Assembly: GCA_044238935.1 (NCBI GenBank)
Contig: JBIICI010000001.1
Coordinates: 68,441 to 132,440 of the forward strand
Reading direction: 5' to 3'
DNA: 64,000 nucleotides
DNA from: Gemmobacter sp.
Lineage (GTDB): Bacteria > Pseudomonadota > Alphaproteobacteria > Micavibrionales > Micavibrionaceae
How positions within the stretch are numbered: the first letter of the stretch is position 1; the number at the start of each line of letters is the position of its first letter. A program made the position numbers and the translations under genes. The notes beneath the pieces are model-generated. The model was not told the DNA's origin. It ran no database searches and saw nothing but the letters and a program-made list of their open reading frames with translations. Shown piece by piece: positions 18,635-32,045 of this stretch.

Positions 18635-19258
18635 TCACGCCAGTGTAGCGTTTTTCGGTAGCAAAACACAAGAAGAGATCCTAATAATTTTTGCATCTGC
18701 ATGGGTTTGGCTATCAAATAATGTATATTCTAAAGCATAAGACTGCATCGCTTCATCAATTTCGATTTGAAAATTTGCACCTTTTAATAATAAAAACTGT
18801 ACAGAATACTTTAAATTCAACGGCTGAACATAATCCAAGATCGATAGAACAGAGGAAAACGCACGCGCGGTGATCAGAATCCTTACCTCATCAACGCATG
18901 TAAAGTCACGCACAAAATCTTCGATTCGCTGATTATGAACATGTATGCTGGCCTTCGTTTCACGTGAAACGGTTTTTAGAAAACTGCATTTGCGCTCATC
19001 TGATTCAATACAGTGAATATCTAAATCTGGATTGGTGATTTTTAAGGGTAAAGCTGGGAAGCCGCCCCCACTGCCTAAATCCAAAATTACATCAAAATCC
19101 ATTTGCGCCAAAATGGGATTTAGCTGCACCGAATCATCCCAATGGCGCTGCGCCCAAACATCTAATGTATTTTTTGAAACCAAATTAATTTTAGCCTGCC
19201 ATTTTTTAAGCAGCGCACCATAAATTTGTTTTTGTGTTTCATGTGAAACAATATTCAT
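18635..19258 (-). CDS. rsmG: 16S rRNA (guanine527-N7)-methyltransferase
   Basis: 207 aa with AdoMet motif ILDLGSGGGFPALPL, in the conserved mnmG-rsmG-parA-parB order. Confidence 0.9.
   Translation of the reverse strand: MNIVSHETQKQIYGALLKKWQAKINLVSKNTLDVWAQRHWDDSVQLNPILAQMDFDVILDLGSGGGFPALPLKITNPDLDIHCIESDERKCSFLKTVSRETKASIHVHNQRIEDFVRDFTCVDEVRILITARAFSSVLSILDYVQPLNLKYSVQFLLLKGANFQIEIDEAMQSYALEYTLFDSQTHADAKIIRISSCVLLPKNATLA
18956..18971. other. parS centromere-like site (perfect 16-bp palindrome CGTTTCACGTGAAACG)
   Basis: Read directly from the sequence. The 14-bp core GTTTCACGTGAAAC matches the canonical parS consensus tGTTTCACGTGAAACa. It lies inside rsmG, next to parAB. Confidence 0.75.
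19235..19250. other. parS-like site (TGTTTCATGTGAAACA, 15/16 match to consensus)
   Basis: Read directly from the sequence. It overlaps the first codons of rsmG (MNIVSHET). Confidence 0.6.
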
Positions 19259-19260
19259 TG

Positions 19261-21159
19261 CTATGCAGCCACTTCTGAACCAATGTTTGACCGATGATCT
19301 TTGCGTATATATCGCAATAACGCCGTTAATGCCGTAGGCGTAACACCCGGAATACGCCCTGCCGCGCCCAATGTTTCAGGGCGCACTTGTTCTAATTTCT
19401 GGCAAATTTCATTGGATAGACTACCAATCTCACGAAAATTAAGATCAGCAGGAATAATCAAGCTCTCGTCCCTTTGAAAAGCCTTAATATCTGCATCTTG
19501 GCGGTCTGCATAGCCAGCATAGAGCGAATCAATAGAAACTTGTTCTTGGATCGCAAAATCCGTCTCTTGCAGCTCAGGCCAAACACGCGCAACGTCATTC
19601 CATGTAATATCCGGATAACGCAATAAATCAAACGCACTACGTCGACGTCCATCTTGGTTAATCGCAATCCCGTGATCCCCCAATTCTTTCGGGGTTGCCT
19701 GTAGGGCATGCATTTTATCCCGCGTGATATCCAACGCCACTTTCTTGGCTTGCCACACAGCCCAACGATCATCGCGGATCAACCCAAATGTGCGCCCTAA
19801 ATCCGTTAAACGCTGATCTGCATTATCGGCGCGTAACATAAGACGATATTCGGCGCGGCTGGTGAACATTCGATAAGGCTCTTTCGTGCCTTTTGTAATC
19901 AGATCATCAATCAACACCCCAATATAGGCCTGTGCGCGCGAAATAACAAAAGGAATCACTTGATCGCGTTTAGAAGCCTCTTTTTGTGCTAACAAAGCCG
20001 CATTCGCACCGGCAACAAGCCCTTGAGCACCAGCTTCTTCATATCCTGTTGTGCCGTTAATTTGTCCGGCCAAGAATAATCCATTGATCTTCTTTGTTTC
20101 TAATGTATTTTTTAAGTTACGCGGATCAACATAATCATACTCAATCGCATAAGCCCATTGCATGATTTCAACATTTTCTAAACCTTTGATACTGCGTAAC
20201 ATTGCATCCTGAACATCAATCGGCATGGCGTTTGAGATCCCATTTGGATAGACGGTATGGTCATTCAACCCCTCAGGCTCTAAGAAAATTTGATGGCGTT
20301 CTTTGTCAGCAAAGCGGACAACCTTATCCTCAATCGATGGACAATAACGCGGCCCTGTCCCCTCAATTAATCCTGCATAAACAGGCGTTAAATGCAGATT
20401 ATCGCGAATAATCTGATGCGTTTTTTCACTGGTATAGGTGATATAACAGGCAATTTGTGGCGTCGTAATAGATTGATTCATATAGGAAAAAGGCACAGGC
20501 ACGGGATCACCTTGCTGCTCCTCAAGGATTGACCAATTAATAGTGCGTCCATCCAATCGCGCAGGTGTTCCTGTTTTTAAGCGTCCCATATCAAAAGCAA
20601 GGCGCTGCAGCGTTTCGCCCATACCAACGGAGGCCTGCTCTCCGATGCGTCCTGCTGGGGTGCGTTCATTGCCACGATGAATGACACCGCGTAAAAATGT
20701 ACCCGATGTCAACACAACCGCGCGTGTTTTATAGATTTCACCTGATTCGGTTTGGATACCACAAATGGACTGCTGATCATCAAGAATAAAATCATGGGCA
20801 GCGCCCTCAATAATTTGTAAAGTCGGCAGCTCTGCCAATAAATCTTGCACAGCTTGGCGGTACAGCGCGCGGTCAGCTTGGGCACGGGGGCCACGCACCG
20901 CAGGGCCTTTTGAGGCATTAAGCATGCGAAACTGAATCCCTGCGCGGTCAATGGCTTTACCCATCACGCCATCCAGCGCATCAATTTCACGCACCAAATG
21001 CCCCTTCCCCAAGCCCCCAATAGCAGGATTACACGACATAATACCAACAGTGTCGCGCTTATGCGTTAACAAAGCTGTCTTTGCCCCCATACGCGCGGCG
21101 GCGGCGGCGGCTTCTGTTCCTGCGTGTCCACCACCAATGACAATAACATCAAATTCCAT
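19261..21159 (-). CDS. mnmG: tRNA uridine 5-carboxymethylaminomethyl modification enzyme MnmG (GidA)
   Basis: 632 aa with FAD-binding N-terminus [16 protein letters not shown] and conservation along the full length. Confidence 0.95.
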   Translation of the reverse strand: MEFDVIVIGGGHAGTEAAAAAARMGAKTALLTHKRDTVGIMSCNPAIGGLGKGHLVREIDALDGVMGKAIDRAGIQFRMLNASKGPAVRGPRAQADRALYRQAVQDLLAELPTLQIIEGAAHDFILDDQQSICGIQTESGEIYKTRAVVLTSGTFLRGVIHRGNERTPAGRIGEQASVGMGETLQRLAFDMGRLKTGTPARLDGRTINWSILEEQQGDPVPVPFSYMNQSITTPQIACYITYTSEKTHQIIRDNLHLTPVYAGLIEGTGPRYCPSIEDKVVRFADKERHQIFLEPEGLNDHTVYPNGISNAMPIDVQDAMLRSIKGLENVEIMQWAYAIEYDYVDPRNLKNTLETKKINGLFLAGQINGTTGYEEAGAQGLVAGANAALLAQKEASKRDQVIPFVISRAQAYIGVLIDDLITKGTKEPYRMFTSRAEYRLMLRADNADQRLTDLGRTFGLIRDDRWAVWQAKKVALDITRDKMHALQATPKELGDHGIAINQDGRRRSAFDLLRYPDITWNDVARVWPELQETDFAIQEQVSIDSLYAGYADRQDADIKAFQRDESLIIPADLNFREIGSLSNEICQKLEQVRPETLGAAGRIPGVTPTALTALLRYIRKDHRSNIGSEVAA

Positions 21160-21242
21160 TATTCATCCTTGCGTTAAATTTTAATCGCTCTATGCTTTTT
21201 ATATACAGCAAATCAATTCAAAAGCACAAATATTTTATATAT

Positions 21243-21890
21243 TTAAGAGGCTTTAAACAAATCTGTGCCAATTCGAACATAGGTTGCCCCCTGCTCAATC
21301 GCCGATTCAAAATCGCTCGACATGCCCATGCTCAAGTGCGACACGCCTAAATCATTCGCATGATCTTGCATTTTTTTGAAATAAGGCACAGGATTCTCAT
21401 CAACGGGCGGAATTGCCATTAAACCCATAATAGGCAACTGCAAATCAACTGTGCAATATTGATAAAATGCCCGTAAATCTGCGGGCATGATTCCAGATTT
21501 CTGAGGCTCTTGCCCAATATTGACCTGAATAAAACCTGATATTTTCTTATTTTGCTGTATGATTTCTTGGGCTATTTTTTGGGCTAATGATGGGCGATCA
21601 ATGGTTTGAATGACGTCAAACAAGGAAACAGCTTGTTTAACCTTATTGGTTTGTAATGCACCAATCATATGTAATGTCACAGGGGGTCCGTCATAATTTT
21701 GCCAATGCTCGATGGCTTCTTGGACTTTATTCTCACCAAAATCTTTTTGTCCCAAATTGATCAATTCTTGAATAGAGTCTATCGATTGGTTTTTGCACAC
21801 GGCAATTAAGGACGGTGTTCGGGATAGATGCGCCGATGCGGATTGAATTTTTGTTTGAATATGTTGAAAATTGCGCGCCAAAAAAGACAT
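21243..21890 (-). CDS. YggS-family pyridoxal-phosphate homeostasis protein
   Basis: 215 aa with ..LIAVCKNQSIDSIQELINLGQKDFGENKVQEA.. and C-terminal ..LSMGMSSDFESAIEQGATYVRIGT.. Confidence 0.85.
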   Translation of the reverse strand: MSFLARNFQHIQTKIQSASAHLSRTPSLIAVCKNQSIDSIQELINLGQKDFGENKVQEAIEHWQNYDGPPVTLHMIGALQTNKVKQAVSLFDVIQTIDRPSLAQKIAQEIIQQNKKISGFIQVNIGQEPQKSGIMPADLRAFYQYCTVDLQLPIMGLMAIPPVDENPVPYFKKMQDHANDLGVSHLSMGMSSDFESAIEQGATYVRIGTDLFKAS

Positions 21891-21908
21891 AAATTAATTC
21901 ACAGATGA

Positions 21909-23195
21909 TCAAAAATTAATCTGCGTCCCTAATAACAAGGATGTGGCATCTTTTTTGCTTTGTGCCTGCATCGTATGCTCCGTATAATTCAAAGATCCGC
22001 GAAAGCTCATACCGGGACCATATGTATAGGTCAATCCCCCCGAATAACGATCTGTATCCAATTTCCCTGCATTTTTACCGTAATAGGCACTAATATCTTG
22101 GGCGTTTTTATAATAGGATGTGCCGACTTTCAAATATCCTGTTTTATAATCCGCACCGACAACGGTTGTTTTGCTTTTTGCGCCTTGATCAATGCCTAAA
22201 TTATCCTCCTGATAGCTTGTCCCAAAGCCAAAAGGGCCATATTCGCTATCAAACCCTAGATTCCATGCGGTGCGATCATCGCGCCGCGCCAAAATCTGCT
22301 CCCCTGCGCTTAATAGATTATCATTATTTGCATCAATAAAGCTGATATTTTGCTGTGCTTCTAAGGCGTTAAAGGCCAATCCAGCGCCCATTTGATAGGA
22401 TAATTTTTGCAATTCCCCCTCATATCGCAAGGCAACTTCGTAAGCGCTGCCAAAATCGCCTGATTCGTTATCAGCGCGCACGCCTTCTAAGTTCCGATTA
22501 TCATCATCATTTTCAGGGACATAAGATATGGCCGCCTGTGCCCCTGAAATTTTGGGGGTGATATAGGTTAATTTATTCGCCCATCCCGTGATGGCATGAT
22601 CATAATCATACCCTGCGGTGACCCCTGCATTATAGCTTGTTGCGCCTGTAAAGGCATTGGAAACCACAATATCATCACCGCCGCCATCGGCTGCGAAAAC
22701 ATTCAAATTTGTACCAGCTTGAATGGCACTTAAGGAATTCAGGGTCGAAACTCGTCCGCCGATCACGGCATAATTGACAGGGTTAATATATTGGCGCAAT
22801 CCATCAATATTATTATCCGACGATGGAGCGGCAACTTGCATCAAATACGCAGCGCCATCTTCTGCACCCGCATTCACGCGCCCCCAATCGCCTGAGAAAT
22901 AAGCATAAGATTCCTGAACATCAAAAGAATCATCGGCATCGGCCTCAACTTCGGCATGATACCCTACCGTAAGGCCATTATCTAAAGCCGATTCCCCATT
23001 AAAATGAATTTCTGTATTTTGTTGCCAATCAGTGCTTCGTGCCTTGGCATTCGGGGCGTGGTCTTGGTTTGTTTGGGTTAAATATCCATTGTAAAACCCA
23101 CCCAAAGACAGATCAACGCCTTTATCTTCCGCGTACGCAGACAATGACAAAAGCGTGAAAACCGTAAAAAATGATCCTAAAATAAAATAACGCAT
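21909..23195 (-). CDS. Outer-membrane porin (beta-barrel)
   Basis: Start moved to the ATG at 23195, giving signal peptide MRYFILGSFFTVFTLLSLSAYA. The sequence has an alternating amphipathic, G/Y/D/N-rich pattern and a terminal aromatic residue (..LLGTQINF). Confidence 0.65.
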   Translation of the reverse strand: MRYFILGSFFTVFTLLSLSAYAEDKGVDLSLGGFYNGYLTQTNQDHAPNAKARSTDWQQNTEIHFNGESALDNGLTVGYHAEVEADADDSFDVQESYAYFSGDWGRVNAGAEDGAAYLMQVAAPSSDNNIDGLRQYINPVNYAVIGGRVSTLNSLSAIQAGTNLNVFAADGGGDDIVVSNAFTGATSYNAGVTAGYDYDHAITGWANKLTYITPKISGAQAAISYVPENDDDNRNLEGVRADNESGDFGSAYEVALRYEGELQKLSYQMGAGLAFNALEAQQNISFIDANNDNLLSAGEQILARRDDRTAWNLGFDSEYGPFGFGTSYQEDNLGIDQGAKSKTTVVGADYKTGYLKVGTSYYKNAQDISAYYGKNAGKLDTDRYSGGLTYTYGPGMSFRGSLNYTEHTMQAQSKKDATSLLLGTQINF

Positions 23196-23486
23196 GCCCA
23201 CAGCATACACAAAGCCACACTGAAAAATCAAGTCCATGATTCAAGTGGGGCTTTGTTTTTGCGGTCGAGTTACAACATAAAACACCAATAACCTCCTATA
23301 TTTTTTCCAAAACAAACCAATAATTTCCAAATTCTGCCTTATTTATTTCACACGCATTATTTTTATTATCAAAAACTTGACACAACTTAAAACTACCAGA
23401 AAAGCAATCTAAAATATATTTGGGACAGCCCCCAAAATATTTATGATATCTTACTCAAGTCTTTAAGAAAAAATCCTATCTAAAGT

Positions 23487-23822
23487 TCACCAGACCCTCT
23501 TTTTAGGACTGATTGGAACAACAGAAATATTAATAATAACATCTCTATCATCCTCATCTGAAGCTCTATTTTTTTTTCGATGGCCACAATCAACGCATTC
23601 ATGCTCTATAATGTAACTATCTCGTTTTATCTCTACTCCTACCGGCTTCATTAGTCCTCCACAGTCAGCCGACCTATCCCCAGGATTGATATCGACATGC
23701 TTGCTGTACAAACATTTTGAACAATGGTTGGTATAGCCATTACCTATATTGTGATGCCCACAATTATTACAGATAAAGTCCTCGGTCTTTCTCAAAAATT
23801 TTTTACCCAATTTATTTTCCAT
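23487..23822 (-). CDS. RNHCP-domain zinc-ribbon protein
   Basis: 111 aa with CxxC pairs (CNNCGHH.., NHCSKCLYSKHVD, CVDCGH) matching the RNHCP-domain pattern. The gene sits in an AT-rich spacer. Confidence 0.6.
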   Translation of the reverse strand: MENKLGKKFLRKTEDFICNNCGHHNIGNGYTNHCSKCLYSKHVDINPGDRSADCGGLMKPVGVEIKRDSYIIEHECVDCGHRKKNRASDEDDRDVIINISVVPISPKKRVW

Positions 23823-23991
23823 ACATTAACCTAGAATGTATTTTTCAGATTAATATATCTGCCACAATAGAGACGCTGATGTCAAGCTAGACATCAGAAG
23901 CCCCCTAAATATAAAAAAGCACGCACGTTACAAAGTTTGCAAAACTTGATTCTGCGTGAATATTATTTTCATACATTACTAAATTGTACGC

Positions 23992-24312
23992 TTAAGCCGC
24001 GTCTGTAATCCAAGCCGCCAAGGCTGTTTTAGACAGAGCCCCCACTTTTGTATCCACCAATTTTCCGCCTTTGAACAACATCAAGGTTGGAATACCGCGC
24101 ACACCATATTGTGTGGGCGTACTAGGGTTTTCATCAATATTTATTTTTGCAATCGTGACTGATGATGCCATTTCATTGGCGACTTCATCCAAAATCGGTG
24201 ACAAGGCACGGCAAGGGCCACACCATTCTGCCCAGAAATCAACAATAACGGGCTTATCCGCATTTTCGATGGTGCTTTGAAAATCTTGATCAGTTAATTT
24301 TATCGTTGTCAT
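23992..24312 (-). CDS. trxA: Thioredoxin
   Basis: 106 aa with active site WAEWCGPCR. Confidence 0.95.
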   Translation of the reverse strand: MTTIKLTDQDFQSTIENADKPVIVDFWAEWCGPCRALSPILDEVANEMASSVTIAKINIDENPSTPTQYGVRGIPTLMLFKGGKLVDTKVGALSKTALAAWITDAA

Positions 24313-24398
24313 GGAAAAACCTCTTTCTTTATACTAAAATCATTTATACTATATGGGTGAATCCAATTAAAAATCAAGCGAAAGAGAGCGTATCAATC

Positions 24399-25055
24399 AT
24401 GCAATCCACAAAAATTGCACCCTCTATTTTATCCGCCGATTTTGCGGCCTTGGGAAAGGCTGTACGGGATCTGGATCACGCAGGGGCGGATTATATTCAC
24501 ATTGATGTGATGGACGGGCATTTTGTGCCAAACTTAACCTTTGGCGCACCGATTATCAAAGCCTTACGTCCGCACACGCAAAAAATATTTGACGTGCATT
24601 TAATGATTGCACCCGTTGATCCCTTGATTGATGATTTTATCAATGCAGGGGCGGATATTATCACCTTTCACCCCGAAGCCAGCCCCCATTATCACCGCAC
24701 CTTACAACGGATTCGTCAAAGAAATATCAAAACGGGCTTGGCGCTCAATCCCGCAACGCCGCTTTGTGTTCTTGATCATGTTTGGGATATGCTGGATATG
24801 GTTTTGATCATGACCGTAAATCCCGGTTTTGGTGGACAAAGTTTTCTTGATCTTACCGATAAAATTCGTACCCTCAAATCAAAAATTGATCAAAATGGGC
24901 GGGCAATTGACATCCAAGTTGATGGCGGCATCACCCCACAAAATGCACGCGCCTGCAAAGAAGCCGGTGCCAATATTTTGGTTGCAGGCACCGCCATTTT
25001 CAAAGATGGGGAAGCACAGTACGCAAACCATATTCAATCCTTACGCGACGCATAG
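24399..25055 (+). CDS. rpe: Ribulose-phosphate 3-epimerase
   Basis: Start moved to the ATG at 24399 (MQSTKIAPSILSADF..). Motifs: HIDVMDGHFVPNLTFG and MTVNPGFGGQSF. Confidence 0.92.
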   Translation: MQSTKIAPSILSADFAALGKAVRDLDHAGADYIHIDVMDGHFVPNLTFGAPIIKALRPHTQKIFDVHLMIAPVDPLIDDFINAGADIITFHPEASPHYHRTLQRIRQRNIKTGLALNPATPLCVLDHVWDMLDMVLIMTVNPGFGGQSFLDLTDKIRTLKSKIDQNGRAIDIQVDGGITPQNARACKEAGANILVAGTAIFKDGEAQYANHIQSLRDA

Positions 25056-25073
25056 AAAATTAAAATAAAAACC

Positions 25074-26765
25074 ATGAAACAAAAAATGCCCAAAGCAACA
25101 AAAGAGATCGATCTGAAAATCAGCTGGAAACAGAAAATGCAATCGATATTGAGTCGATTGAACGAAGGATGCTGCCGTTTTCCTTTTTATCATTGGATGA
25201 TGGGGCGCGGAAATATCCCTGCACAATTTTTGTTTTACCCCAATGATGGCCGCCAAGGCGACGCAGGGCGTGGGCGTTGGTTATGCAACAATGCCTTTGA
25301 TATGGATGGCGAACAATTAACATGGGTCAAGGGGGAATGGTTGCATGATGTGAACAAAGCCCCCTTATCGCATGGATGGTGTGACCATATTCATGGCTTT
25401 GCATGGTTGCGTGATTTGAAAGCCTTAGGCGGTGAAACAGCCCGTCAACAAGCCCGATTAATGATCGAAGATTGGATGCAGGTGAATAATCATTGGGATC
25501 CTTTGGTCTGGCACGCAGGCAGCGCTGGAAAACGGATTTTTAACTGGATCACGCAATATAATTTTTATGGCGCCAGCGCATCCGACGAGTTTCGGGATAA
25601 TTTGATCGCCAGTATTATGCGCCAAGCACGCCATATTAGTCGCTCTTTGAATGGCTCTTTATGGGGAATGGATGCGCTGTATGCCGCGGCAGGATTAATC
25701 ACGACAGGCGCCGTTTTCGAAGGGTGCGAACAATGGGTGGATCAAGGCGCCCGTTTTTTCACCAAACAAGCCGATCAGTTTATTTTAGAAGATGGACTGC
25801 CGAAAAGCCGCAATATACAGCATCTCTATCGTGCATTACGATTAATGAATGATTGCAGATTGATTTTACTACAAAGCAGCTATCCCGCGCCTATGGCATG
25901 GGATCCTATTTTCGAAAGGGGTCTGAATGCATTGCGCGCTTTGTTGTTGCCCGATGATAAATTACCCACCCTAAATGGCACACAAGAGGGCACAGCAGAA
26001 AGTTTTCGACGATTCAACGCACAATTTTCCCATCGCAGCAAACCTATTTTTTCCTTCCCGAATGGCGGTATGGAAAAAGTCCATCAGGGCAAAACAATCC
26101 TATGGGTTAATCGGGGGGATGTCGCCCCTTGGCCACAAGATATACATGCCCATGCCGCGCCCTTGGCGTTTGAGATGATGTATAACAAAGACCGTCTTTT
26201 TGTATCCAGCGGCACGCACCCTGTTTCAACAGAATGGGCGGAGGAAACACGGCAATCAAAATCTCATAACATGGTCACACTCAATGATCAAAATGCCTAT
26301 GATATTCGCCCTGATGGGCATATTAGCCGTCGTCCGTCTAAATTATGGTTACGCCGCACCGAATCCGATGACGGTGTTTTAATTCACGGGCATCATTCAG
26401 CCTATGAGCCTGTCAATGGCTATAGCCTTGATCGGTTTTTATTTGTCAATCAAGAGGGCGAAGATATTCGGGGAGAAGAGCGCTTTTCGCACGTCACAGA
26501 TACGCCACAACCACAAATGATTGTAGCAACATTTCATTTGCATCCTCGTGCGCTGGTGTCTTTGGTCAAAGATGATTCTGAGGCCATTATTAAGCTCCCC
26601 AGCGGTTCAGGATGGCGGTTTTATAAATCGGCTGGCAAACTCAGTATCGAAGATAGCCTCTATATTGGTCAGGGCTGTCATATTCGGAAAACAAAAAAAT
26701 TAGTGATCCGCGCAAAATTAGAAACAAAAGAAGCCAGCCTTAAATGGGCGCTGAAAAAAGAATAG
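25074..26765 (+). CDS. Heparinase II/III-family protein
   Basis: 563 aa. HAHAAPLAFEMMYNKDRLFVSSG and SHNMVTLND resemble the conserved His/Asn blocks of alphaproteobacterial heparinase II/III-like proteins. Confidence 0.6.
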   Translation: MKQKMPKATKEIDLKISWKQKMQSILSRLNEGCCRFPFYHWMMGRGNIPAQFLFYPNDGRQGDAGRGRWLCNNAFDMDGEQLTWVKGEWLHDVNKAPLSHGWCDHIHGFAWLRDLKALGGETARQQARLMIEDWMQVNNHWDPLVWHAGSAGKRIFNWITQYNFYGASASDEFRDNLIASIMRQARHISRSLNGSLWGMDALYAAAGLITTGAVFEGCEQWVDQGARFFTKQADQFILEDGLPKSRNIQHLYRALRLMNDCRLILLQSSYPAPMAWDPIFERGLNALRALLLPDDKLPTLNGTQEGTAESFRRFNAQFSHRSKPIFSFPNGGMEKVHQGKTILWVNRGDVAPWPQDIHAHAAPLAFEMMYNKDRLFVSSGTHPVSTEWAEETRQSKSHNMVTLNDQNAYDIRPDGHISRRPSKLWLRRTESDDGVLIHGHHSAYEPVNGYSLDRFLFVNQEGEDIRGEERFSHVTDTPQPQMIVATFHLHPRALVSLVKDDSEAIIKLPSGSGWRFYKSAGKLSIEDSLYIGQGCHIRKTKKLVIRAKLETKEASLKWALKKE

Positions 26766-26902
26766 GCGTGGTAAAAACCCATAATTTTTAGATGATTTTT
26801 AGAGGGCTTTTATCAATCTTATCCTTGCCTTTCGCAAAAGACTGTGTTAAGGCATAGCATTATATTTCAATTTTTATACCAGAAACAAAGGATATTTGAC
26901 CT

Positions 26903-27448
26903 GTGTTTGATCTGAAAATTTCAGAAAGATCAAAGCGATATGCGCAAGCAAGCTTGAAAGCGACGCCCTCTGATTTCTTAGGCACTCTAGAATCAGAAAT
27001 ATCTTCTTTTATTGAAATTCTTACGCAGCATGATGATCTCTTGACTGTGTTCAATTCGCCTATTTTTACAAAAGGTGATAAATTACATATACTGCAAAAT
27101 ATTTCTAAAAAAGCCGGCTTTTCAACGCATTTTTATAATGGCTTTTCGCTTTTTATCCAAAAAGGACGTGCGGCAGATTTATTGGAAATTTCACATGCCT
27201 TCATCAGGCTATGTTCCCAACAACGAGGTGAAATTCTTGTATCTTTACAATCTGCATATCCCATCAGTGCCGCTGATCAAGAAAAAATCAAAAGCGCCAT
27301 CACGCACTCAACGGGGCATAAACCTATTATTCGTACTAAAATATCCCCTGATTTACTGGGGGGGATACGCCTCAAGGTTGGATCAATTTTAATTGACGAT
27401 ACAATCAAGGGGAAATTAGACAAATTGCAACGTGAAATCTTTGCATAG
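26903..27448 (+). CDS. atpH: F0F1 ATP synthase subunit delta (OSCP)
   Basis: 181 aa with a GTG start. It sits immediately upstream of atpA and ends ..LLGGIRLKVGSILIDDTIKGKLDKL.. Confidence 0.8.
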   Translation: MFDLKISERSKRYAQASLKATPSDFLGTLESEISSFIEILTQHDDLLTVFNSPIFTKGDKLHILQNISKKAGFSTHFYNGFSLFIQKGRAADLLEISHAFIRLCSQQRGEILVSLQSAYPISAADQEKIKSAITHSTGHKPIIRTKISPDLLGGIRLKVGSILIDDTIKGKLDKLQREIFA

Positions 27449-27504
27449 ACAACATAAATTTATTATTTTATATAGACTTTTAAATAAAAAATAGGAAAAG
27501 AAAC

Positions 27505-29043
27505 ATGAAAATAAATGCTTCTGAAATCTCTGAAATACTAAGCCAGCAAATCGCAGGCTTTAGCGAAAAACTCAATGTCGCAGAGATCGGTCAAGTTTTA
27601 TCCGTTGGTGACGGTGTTGCACGCGTTTACGGTTTGGAAAATGTCCAAGCTGGGGAAATGGTTGAATTCGCCTCAGGGATCAAAGGCATGGCCTTAAACC
27701 TTGAATCTGACAATGTGGGTGTGGTTATTTTTGGTGATGACCGCTATGTGAAAGAAGGAGAAGTTGTCCGCCGTACAGGTGAGATTGTTCAAGTTCCTGT
27801 CGGTGAAGGTCTGTTAGGACGTGTTGTTGATGCATTAGGAAACCCCATCGATGGCAAAGGTCCTATTCAAAATCCACAATATCGCCGTGTCGAAGTCAAA
27901 GCACCCGGTATTATGCCCCGTAAATCCGTGCATGAGCCTGTTCAAACAGGGATCAAGGCGATTGACGCGCTTGTTCCGATTGGTCGTGGGCAACGTGAAC
28001 TGATTATTGGGGATCGCCAAACTGGAAAAACAGCCGTTGCGATTGATACAATTTTAAATCAAAAAGCCATTAATCAATCCGCCGATGCGTCAAAGCATCT
28101 ATATTGTGTGTATGTTGCGATTGGTCAAAAACGCTCAACTGTTGCGCAATTGGTCAAGGAATTAGAAGAACAAGGCGCGATGGCCTATACCACAATCATC
28201 GTGGCAACAGCCTCTGATTCTGCACCGATGCAGTTTTTAGCCCCCTATACAGGGTGCACCATTGGTGAATGGTTCCGCGATAATCAAAAACATGCGATTG
28301 CCATTTATGATGATTTATCCAAACAGGCTGTGGCGTATCGCCAAATGTGTTTATTGTTGCGTCGCCCTCCCGGTCGTGAGGCCTATCCGGGGGATGTTTT
28401 CTATATTCACTCTCGCTTGCTTGAGCGTGCGGCTAAATTAAATGATGAACATGGAAATGGGTCATTGACCGCGTTGCCTATCATTGAAACACAGGCTGGT
28501 GACGTTTCTGCCTATATCCCAACAAACGTGATCTCGATCACAGATGGTCAGATTTTCCTTGAGACTGGATTGTTCTATAAAGGGATTCGCCCAGCGATTA
28601 ATGTGGGATTATCGGTATCCCGTGTTGGTTCTGCTGCACAGATCAAAGCCATGAAACAAGTTTCAGGATCATTGAAATTAGAGCTTGCACAATATCGTGA
28701 GATGGAAGCCTTCGCACAATTTGCCTCTGATCTTGATCCAGCAACCCAACAATTATTGGCACGCGGCGCACGTTTGACACAATTATTGAAACAACCACAA
28801 TATTCACCGTTAAAAGTCGAAGAGCAAGTTGTTGTTTTATATGCAGGAACACGTGGCTTTGTTGATAAAGTCCCCGTGCAAAAGGTCAATGAATATGAAT
28901 CATATTTATTGAGCGATCTCCGTGCAAATCAGACAGATTTATTATCTCGAATTGCTGATAAAAAAGCCTTAGATGAAAGTTTAGAAACTGAAATCAAAGC
29001 CTATCTAAAAGCATTTAGTGATAATTACACATCATCCCTGTAA
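27505..29043 (+). CDS. atpA: F0F1 ATP synthase subunit alpha
   Basis: 512 aa with Walker A GDRQTGKT and full-length conservation. Confidence 0.97.
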   Translation: MKINASEISEILSQQIAGFSEKLNVAEIGQVLSVGDGVARVYGLENVQAGEMVEFASGIKGMALNLESDNVGVVIFGDDRYVKEGEVVRRTGEIVQVPVGEGLLGRVVDALGNPIDGKGPIQNPQYRRVEVKAPGIMPRKSVHEPVQTGIKAIDALVPIGRGQRELIIGDRQTGKTAVAIDTILNQKAINQSADASKHLYCVYVAIGQKRSTVAQLVKELEEQGAMAYTTIIVATASDSAPMQFLAPYTGCTIGEWFRDNQKHAIAIYDDLSKQAVAYRQMCLLLRRPPGREAYPGDVFYIHSRLLERAAKLNDEHGNGSLTALPIIETQAGDVSAYIPTNVISITDGQIFLETGLFYKGIRPAINVGLSVSRVGSAAQIKAMKQVSGSLKLELAQYREMEAFAQFASDLDPATQQLLARGARLTQLLKQPQYSPLKVEEQVVVLYAGTRGFVDKVPVQKVNEYESYLLSDLRANQTDLLSRIADKKALDESLETEIKAYLKAFSDNYTSSL

Positions 29044-29067
29044 GCGTTTTTAAGAGAGATTTTTTCT

Positions 29068-31433
<2,366 letters not shown>

Positions 31434-31469
31434 GATTTTGAGATTAAAAGCGAAAATAGGAATTGCATT

Positions 31470-31919
31470 ATGGTTGATCAAAACGCCAATATTTCGGGCT
31501 CACTGTTTCAGTGTGATTTGATTTCACCTGATGCACGCCTATTTTCTGCGCCTGTGCGCCGCATCTCTCTCCCGACACAGACGGGGATTATTACAATATT
31601 GGCAGGTCACCAGCCTGTTTTATTATCCTTATCTGCAGGGGTGGTATCAATTGAAACCGAAGATACAAAAATTGATTATTTCATCACAGGCGCTTTTGCG
31701 GATATTAACGCCACACAATGCACACTATTAGCCGAAGAAGCGATTGATATTCATCTGATTAACAAAGAAGAAACTCAAAAACGAATCAAAGAATTAAAAG
31801 AAGATCTGATGATTGCTGATAGCGCGTCAGAATCAAATCGATTGCGTCAGTCCATCATGACAGAAAATGCACGTTTAATGGCGTTAAATCATGAATATAG
31901 CTATGGTTTAATTGTATAA
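31470..31919 (+). CDS. atpC: F0F1 ATP synthase subunit epsilon
   Basis: 149 aa. Position after atpD and the beta-sandwich N-terminal pattern (..ILAGHQPVLLSL..) support the call. Confidence 0.88.
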   Translation: MVDQNANISGSLFQCDLISPDARLFSAPVRRISLPTQTGIITILAGHQPVLLSLSAGVVSIETEDTKIDYFITGAFADINATQCTLLAEEAIDIHLINKEETQKRIKELKEDLMIADSASESNRLRQSIMTENARLMALNHEYSYGLIV

Positions 31920-32045
31920 ATAGAAACACGCTCTATTTATATTTATACAATTATCTATGATAATAGCCAATTCTGTGATATGGGCATATCATATGAATTG
32001 TATGAAAAATAATAAGACCCATAATTTTAAGAAAGAAAAAGTGTA

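Noticed and set aside
23379-23420. TTGACA hexamer as a plus-strand promoter in the porin-RNHCP spacer
   Set aside because: There is no properly spaced -10 element and no plus-strand gene downstream.
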